This document shows, in pieces, positions 58,646-64,000 of a stretch of 64,000 nucleotides of DNA. A program made the position numbers and the translations under genes. The notes under the pieces were generated by a model. That model was not told where the DNA came from. It did no database searches and saw nothing but the letters and a program-made list of their open reading frames with translations. The first letter of the stretch is position 1. Each line of letters starts with the position of its first letter. The DNA lies in the NCBI GenBank assembly GCA_965222075.1, contig OZ244937.1, positions 4,224,001-4,288,000 on the forward strand, written 5' to 3'. This DNA is from Candidatus Latescibacterota bacterium (GTDB taxonomy: Bacteria > Latescibacterota > UBA2968 > GCA-2709665).

Positions 58646-58855
58646 TTAGGTTCCTCCCTGCACCGCGTGGATAATATCCACCTGGTCGCCTGCTTGCAGG
58701 CGGATTGACGCCCAGTCTCTTTCGGCTGCGATCTCGGCGTTGATCGCTACGGCGATGCCTTTCTGAGAGGGGTCGATCTGGATGTCGATCAGCAGGTCGC
58801 GGACGGTGAGCCCGTCTTTGACCGTTCGTGCTTCTCCGTTGAGTGTGATCTGCAT
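58646..58855 (-). CDS. thiS: Sulfur carrier protein ThiS
   Basis: MQITLNGE, IAVAIN, C-terminal VQGG(T). Confidence 0.92.
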   Translation of the reverse strand: MQITLNGEARTVKDGLTVRDLLIDIQIDPSQKGIAVAINAEIAAERDWASIRLQAGDQVDIIHAVQGGT

Positions 58856-58867
58856 GTCCGAGTCGTT

Positions 58868-60004
58868 CTACGAGAGGAATCGTTCGATCCCGAAGGGACG
58901 GATCGCGTCCGGCGTTTGACCGGTGAAGATGAGTTCGGCGATGGCATAAGCCGTAATGGGGGCCAGGAGGATGCCTTTCCGGTAGTGGCCCGTGGCCATA
59001 ACGAGGCCTTCGACCGGGGTTTTGCCCAGGATCGGGGCGTCGTCGCGGCTGCCAGGGCGAAGCCCGGCCGTGGTTTCCACGACGGGGAGATCGTAGATAC
59101 CGGGAACGGCCTCATAGGCGGTGCGAAGGAGTTCGAACAGCCCGCCCGCTGTCAGGCAGGCCTCGTATCCCATCTCCTCGGAGGTGGCGCCCACGACCAG
59201 GTGGCCGTTGTCTTTGGGGGCAAGATAGGCGACGGCAGAGGTTGACACGCGCGAGTACCAGACCATGGCGCCAAGGCGCAGGTCAGCGGTCATCTTCAGT
59301 CGGAGGATCTGACCGCGCACGGGGCGCACCGGCGGTTGAACAGCCCTGGGAAGGCCGGGGATAAGACGGGACCAGCAGCCAGCGGCCAGGACGACCGTGG
59401 CGGCGCTGTAGACCTCGTTGTGGACGCGTACGCCCCGGACGCGCTCGCCCTGGATTTCGACCGATTCCACAGGGGTCGATTCCCGAAGGGTTCCCCCCGC
59501 CTTCCGAAAGCCGAGCTTGAGGGCGTCGATGAGGAGGCGGTTGTCCACCTGGTGGTCCCCCGGACACCAGACCGCGGCGCTGATCTGCGCGGCGAGATGG
59601 GGCTCCCGTTCTCGCGCCTGCGCGCCGCTGAGCCACTCGACGGGCAGACCCAAGTTCCGCTGATAGGTGTGGCGGAACCGGAGGTATTCCACGTCGTCCC
59701 GGGTGATGCCCACCAGGAGGACGCCGTCGGGGCGGTAGCCTACATCGCGGCCGATGTCGGATTCGAGTTCGGCGACGAATTCGGGGAACCGCCTCAGGCC
59801 TTCCAGGCCGAACCGGAGGAGGCCCTCTTCTTCGAACCGGACCTCCGCTAAGGGGGTGAGCATGCCCGCAGAGGCCCAGCTTGCAGCCCGACCTGCCCGG
59901 TCGCGGTCGAAGAGGATGACCTCCCGGCCTCCCTTTGCAAGGCGCCATCCGATGCTGAGGCCGATGACGCCTCCGCCGACGATGATGATACGGTCTTTGT
60001 CCAT
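58868..60004 (-). CDS. thiO: Glycine oxidase
   Basis: GGGVIG, ASWASAGML, PVRGQ, AGLRP, GHYRKGILLAP. Confidence 0.93.
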   Translation of the reverse strand: MDKDRIIIVGGGVIGLSIGWRLAKGGREVILFDRDRAGRAASWASAGMLTPLAEVRFEEEGLLRFGLEGLRRFPEFVAELESDIGRDVGYRPDGVLLVGITRDDVEYLRFRHTYQRNLGLPVEWLSGAQAREREPHLAAQISAAVWCPGDHQVDNRLLIDALKLGFRKAGGTLRESTPVESVEIQGERVRGVRVHNEVYSAATVVLAAGCWSRLIPGLPRAVQPPVRPVRGQILRLKMTADLRLGAMVWYSRVSTSAVAYLAPKDNGHLVVGATSEEMGYEACLTAGGLFELLRTAYEAVPGIYDLPVVETTAGLRPGSRDDAPILGKTPVEGLVMATGHYRKGILLAPITAYAIAELIFTGQTPDAIRPFGIERFLS

Positions 60005-60008
60005 TCCC

Positions 60009-60046
60009 AAAAAAGGACCGCCCTTCGAATCGTATCGAAAAGCGGC
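60009..60046 (-). terminator. Riboswitch expression-platform terminator
   Basis: GCCGCTTTTCGA-loop-TCGAAGGGCGGT hairpin plus U-run just before thiO. Confidence 0.7.
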
Positions 60047-60062
60047 AACCGCCCGTTTTTTC

Positions 60063-60137
60063 GACTCCCTGCGCCGGTATGACCCGGATCAGGTTCAAAG
60101 GGTATGATCTCAGCTCGACAGACGAGCACCCCTGCAC
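60063..60137 (-). ncRNA. TPP riboswitch
   Basis: GGGGTGC...GCTGAGA...ACCCTTTGAACCTGATCCGGGTCATACCGGCGCAGGGAG consensus upstream of the thi operon. Confidence 0.96.
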
Positions 60138-60163
60138 AACCTTAATTTGTTGGACCATCAATA

Positions 60164-60192
60164 AAGATACCATTTTGGCCCGCTTTGGTCAA
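60164..60192 (-). promoter_or_regulatory. sigma70 promoter of the thi operon
   Basis: TTGACC-N17-TATCTT with an extended -10 TG. Confidence 0.6.
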
Positions 60193-60490
60193 GGGTTTCT
60201 CCTGTTCCTCCGTGGGTATTGCCAACATCCGCCGTTTCTCTATGGGTACCCGAGTTGGAATCCAACATGACAATCATGCTTATGCGCATGGTTTGGCATC
60301 ACCATCAACGCATCTCAGTAGATAGCCACAAGTTCCCTACTTTGACATTGAGGCAGGCGTTATTATGCAATTGAAATTCCCAATCTCGTACGGTTTTTAA
60401 ACCTCTTGACATCTGCAGTTAATTGATTATCTAAGAGAGCAGAAGGACAGACGACGGGCAGGTTCGACCATTTTTGAGGAGGGTTGTATT

Positions 60491-61645
60491 GTGGCGGATT
60501 TGAGCTTGACGGTGAGCGCCGGACCGCACCGGCGGGTACACTGTCCTGTATCGACGGTTGTTGAGGCGCCCGAAGGGGGTTTGGCCGTAACGATGACGAG
60601 GTCGAAAGAAAGGGTGCCTTGCCAGGCGCGTCGGGAGGGCGTGGGACTGCGGGTGAGCTGGATTGTAGAGGACCTGGCGGCGGGAGAGACCGCCGGGTAC
60701 GAACTCGACTTCGGCGGGGGAGAAGCGGCGGCGGATGGGGTGGCGCTTTCGCAAAAGGAGGACGAGGTCGAGGTCTTCATCGGAGGAAAGCATTTTACCA
60801 GCTACCGGTTCGGCTCAGACCTGGTCCGGCCGCACCTGTATCCGGTGGTTGGGCCTTACGGCGATGGGGTGACGCGCCGGTTGATACGCGAGGGTGAGGG
60901 AGACCACCACCACCACCGGTCGATCTGGATCTCCCACGGGGAGGTGAACGGGTTCGACAACTGGTCGGAGGCGCCGGGGCACGGGCGGACCGTGCACCGG
61001 GAACTCGATGCGCTGGAGAGCGGGCCGGTGCTGGGACGGGTTGTGGCAAAAAGCGTCTGGGTCGGAACGGAGGGGTGGAAGGGCCCCGGCAGGTCGGATG
61101 AGCTGGTTGAGGAGCGGGCGGGATTTACGTTCTACCACACGCCGCAGGAGGTCCGGATGATTGACATGCACCTGACGCTGACGGCGCTGAACATGGATGT
61201 GCTTTTTGGGGATACAAAGGAGGGAGGCCTGGCGTCGGTGCGGCTGGAGGAGTCGATGGAGGTCCGGGCCGGGCAGGGAGGACAGATCGAGAATGCGATC
61301 GGAGGGATCAACGAGGACGAGACCTGGGGGAAGCAGGCGGCCTGGTGCGACTATTCCGGGCCCGTGAACGGGAAGCGGGTGGGCGTTGCGATTATGGACC
61401 ACCCGGACAGCTTCAGGCATCCGACATACTGGCACGTGCGGAATTACGGGTTGATGACGGCGAATCCGTTTGGCCTTTCGCACTTTTACAACGATCCGAA
61501 GCGGCGGGGATACCACGTGCTGTCGCCGGGGGAGTCGCTGGTGGGGATCTACCGATTCTACATCCACACTGGAGATGCGGCAGAGGGACAGGTGGGGGAG
61601 CGGTACCACGATTTTGCGCATCCGCCAAAGGTGGAGGTGGGGTAG
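60491..61645 (+). CDS. PmoA-family/DUF6807 protein (beta-sandwich; not methane monooxygenase)
   Basis: RPHLYPV, DHHHHRSIW, FGDTKEGG, AWCDYSG, WHVRNYGLMTANPFG. Confidence 0.75.
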   Translation: MADLSLTVSAGPHRRVHCPVSTVVEAPEGGLAVTMTRSKERVPCQARREGVGLRVSWIVEDLAAGETAGYELDFGGGEAAADGVALSQKEDEVEVFIGGKHFTSYRFGSDLVRPHLYPVVGPYGDGVTRRLIREGEGDHHHHRSIWISHGEVNGFDNWSEAPGHGRTVHRELDALESGPVLGRVVAKSVWVGTEGWKGPGRSDELVEERAGFTFYHTPQEVRMIDMHLTLTALNMDVLFGDTKEGGLASVRLEESMEVRAGQGGQIENAIGGINEDETWGKQAAWCDYSGPVNGKRVGVAIMDHPDSFRHPTYWHVRNYGLMTANPFGLSHFYNDPKRRGYHVLSPGESLVGIYRFYIHTGDAAEGQVGERYHDFAHPPKVEVG

Positions 61646-61716
61646 GGAGTTGCGAGTTTGTTGGGGGACGGAACTTTGAACTTTAAACCGGGGCGGTGCT
61701 GAGAAGGGAGGATAAT

Positions 61717-62718
61717 ATGGCAGACGAGGTGCGGTTTGGCATTGTCGGGCTGGGCATGGGGTTGGGTCGGGCGAAGGTCGCGCTGGAGACAGAGGGGGCG
61801 CGGCTTGTCTGCGTGTGTGATTTGCAGGAGGAGAAGGCGAAGGCGTTTGCGGAGAAAGCCGGGTGTGACTGGACGATGAGCCTGGATGACCTGCTGGGGC
61901 GCGGGGATATCGATGCAGTGGGGATTTTTACCCCCAGCGGCACCCACTGCGACCTGGCGGTACAGGCCCTTCAGGCGGGGAAGCACGCCTTTGTGACCAA
62001 ACCGATGGATATCCAGGTGGAGAAGTGCGATACGGCCATTCGGGCGGCAGAGGAGGCCGGGAAGGTTCTGGCGGTTGATTTTGGCAACCGGTACTCGAAG
62101 ATCAACCAGCAGGTGAAGGCGGCCTTAGACGGGGGGAAGCTGGGGGAGATTTTCCTGGGGGACGTGCGGCTGAAGTGGTTCCGAAAGCAGAACTATTACG
62201 ATGGGGGCTACCCACCCGGATGGCGCAGCCGGAAGGAGACGGAGGGGGGGTCAATCGCCAACCAGGGGGTGCATTACGTGGATCTGATCACCTGGTTTCT
62301 GGGGCCTGTGGTGGAGGTCTACGGCCGGATCGGGACATTGGGACACCGGATTGAAACGGAGGATATCTGTATCGCCCACCTGAGTTATCAGAGCGGCGCG
62401 CTGGGGCTGATTGAGACCACGACCTCGAACTATCCGAGTCTGGGAACGACAGTGGAGATTAGCGGTACGGAAGGTTCTCTGGTGTGGAAGGATAAGGGGA
62501 TCGAGATGTTCCAGACCCGGGATGAGGAGCAGGTGGATGTGGAGGGGATCGAGGTACCGCCCGGGCCGAAGAATATTATCGAGGATATGGTCTCTGCGAT
62601 CACACAGGGTACTCGACCGGCCGTGCCGGGCGAGGAAGGACGCAAATCCGTAGAGATTTTTACGGCGGTCTACGAGTCGGCGCAGAAGGGGAGACCAATC
62701 GTCTTGCATCAGCAATAA
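61717..62718 (+). CDS. Gfo/Idh/MocA family oxidoreductase
   Basis: GIVGLGMG, VTKP, GGSIANQGVHYVD, IETED. Confidence 0.9.
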   Translation: MADEVRFGIVGLGMGLGRAKVALETEGARLVCVCDLQEEKAKAFAEKAGCDWTMSLDDLLGRGDIDAVGIFTPSGTHCDLAVQALQAGKHAFVTKPMDIQVEKCDTAIRAAEEAGKVLAVDFGNRYSKINQQVKAALDGGKLGEIFLGDVRLKWFRKQNYYDGGYPPGWRSRKETEGGSIANQGVHYVDLITWFLGPVVEVYGRIGTLGHRIETEDICIAHLSYQSGALGLIETTTSNYPSLGTTVEISGTEGSLVWKDKGIEMFQTRDEEQVDVEGIEVPPGPKNIIEDMVSAITQGTRPAVPGEEGRKSVEIFTAVYESAQKGRPIVLHQQ

Positions 62719-62722
62719 AAGC

Positions 62723-62785
62723 AACCACAGATACACGCAGATCAAGGGGGGAAGACATCTTTCCCATCTGTGTGTATCTGTGGTT
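62723..62785. repeat. 10-nt-period inverted repeat AACCACAGATACACGCAGAT / ATCTGTGTGTATCTGTGGTT
   Basis: 19/20 inverted match; internal CACAGAT/CGCAGAT periodicity. Confidence 0.75.
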
Positions 62786-62802
62786 TCATTCCTGCGAAGT
62801 GT

Positions 62803-64000
62803 ATGATGGCTAAGCAGAACCAACGTCCCAATACCGTGCTCATTACCACCGACCAGCAGCGGGGAGACTGCACGGGGATCGACGGGCATCCGATTTTGGA
62901 GACGCCTCACTTAGACCAGCTCGCGAACGAAGGGGTCTACTTCCCAAAGGCCTACTCGCCCTGTCCGGTCTGCGTGCCGGCGCGGATGGTGATTATGACA
63001 GGGCAGTCGCCTTACAGGATAGGGTACTTTTCGAACTCGAGCCAGGCGCTGGCGCAGACGGAGACCCTGCCCCGGATTCTGGGTAGACTGGGCTATCAGA
63101 CGCAATTGATCGGCAAGGGGCACTTTTCCCCGCAGCGGGCGCGGCTGGGGTTTGACAATACGGTGATCAATGAGTCGGGCCGGTACCGGGAGGGGGACGA
63201 TTACCACCGGTGGCTGATGAAGACGCCTTACGCCGGGCTGGAACGGGCGACGAGCATCGGAAACAACGATGTATTTGCCCGACGGTCGGTGGTTCCGGAG
63301 ACGCACCATGTGAATACGTGGACAGCGAACGAGTGTATCGAGTTCTTAGACCGGCGAGACCCGACCTGTCCCTTTTTTTTGTGGATGTCGTTTTCCCGGC
63401 CGCATTCCCAGTACGATCCGCCGGCGCCTTATGACAGCTGGTACGATTTAGAGGATGTGCCGCCCCCGATCCAGGCACCGAGCGATCATTTCCTGCCGTC
63501 CCAGCTCCGGGAGATGCCCGGGCGGTACGACTGGGACAGGATGTCACCCAAACAGGTCGGGAAGGCGCGGCAGCATTACTTAGGGCAGATTACCCACATC
63601 GACCACCAGATCGGCCGGTTTACCGCGGCGCTCCGGTGGAGGGGGCTGTGGGAGGATACGCTGGTCCTGTTTACGTCGGACCACGGCGATATGATGGGGG
63701 ACTACGGGCTATTTTTCAAGGGCCACTTTTTCGAGGGGTCCGGCCGGGTGCCCATGATCCTGCGGCCCCCGGGGTCCTGGGAGGGAACGATTCCGGCGCA
63801 GTGGTACGAACGGCCGGTGTCGCTGGTCGATGTGCTGCCCACCCTGGTGTCGGCGGCGGGCGAGGTGCCAGATGGCGTGGAGGGGAGTTCGCTGCTGCCC
63901 GCGGTCTGGGGCGAGGACCCGATCGGAGACCGGGTTTTCCACGGGGAGATCGGCAGTATGGAGGCGCGGCACCACTGCCTGACGGACGGGCGGTTCAAGT
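62803..64000 (+). CDS. Sulfatase (formylglycine-dependent), partial at the window end
   Basis: RPNTVLITTDQQRGD, CVPAR (CxPxR), GKGH, FTSDHGD; runs off the window, so absent from the ORF track. Confidence 0.9.
   Translation, partial: MMAKQNQRPNTVLITTDQQRGDCTGIDGHPILETPHLDQLANEGVYFPKAYSPCPVCVPARMVIMTGQSPYRIGYFSNSSQALAQTETLPRILGRLGYQTQLIGKGHFSPQRARLGFDNTVINESGRYREGDDYHRWLMKTPYAGLERATSIGNNDVFARRSVVPETHHVNTWTANECIEFLDRRDPTCPFFLWMSFSRPHSQYDPPAPYDSWYDLEDVPPPIQAPSDHFLPSQLREMPGRYDWDRMSPKQVGKARQHYLGQITHIDHQIGRFTAALRWRGLWEDTLVLFTSDHGDMMGDYGLFFKGHFFEGSGRVPMILRPPGSWEGTIPAQWYERPVSLVDVLPTLVSAAGEVPDGVEGSSLLPAVWGEDPIGDRVFHGEIGSMEARHHCLTDGRFK

Noticed and set aside
60491-61645. Particulate methane monooxygenase
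   Set aside because: Soluble protein of the misleadingly named PmoA/DUF6807 family; no TM helices and no pmoB/pmoC

Overview
GC-rich (roughly 60-65%) bacterial chromosomal window. The gene content and the C-terminal dockerin-like tail on a giant secreted protein resemble Latescibacterota/FCB-type genomes; this assignment is inference only. The window is mostly housekeeping and catabolic. It carries recD2 and a long minus-strand run (lepA-lepB-hemW-thrB-wza-wzz-metE-like-giant NHL/FG-GAP protein-tsaC). It also carries enolase-superfamily and Gfo/Idh/MocA genes, rsgA, an rmlA-like gene, glycosyltransferases, lolE, O-antigen ligase-TPR, mutY, aroC, an eight-gene catabolic cluster, an RpoD-type sigma factor with rpsU, a TPP-riboswitch thi operon and a partial sulfatase. 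The supplied ORF track misses several things: a CxxU SelW-like selenoprotein with a SECIS-like hairpin, rpsU, the sulfatase, an M32 peptidase remnant, a frameshifted AvaI/BsoBI-like endonuclease in a low-GC R-M island, and a tenI/thiE-like gene broken by a 58-bp MITE-like insertion. The best novelty candidates are (1) a ~124-nt rod-shaped standalone RNA with its own sigma70 promoter, divergent from the sigma factor gene, and (2) four families of short intergenic repeats (REP-like palindromes, 7-nt-period inverted arrays, 9/10-nt-period inverted arrays, CTGYCTG...CAGRCAG elements) with no mobilising gene in the window. All calls come from motif recognition by eye; no database search was run.
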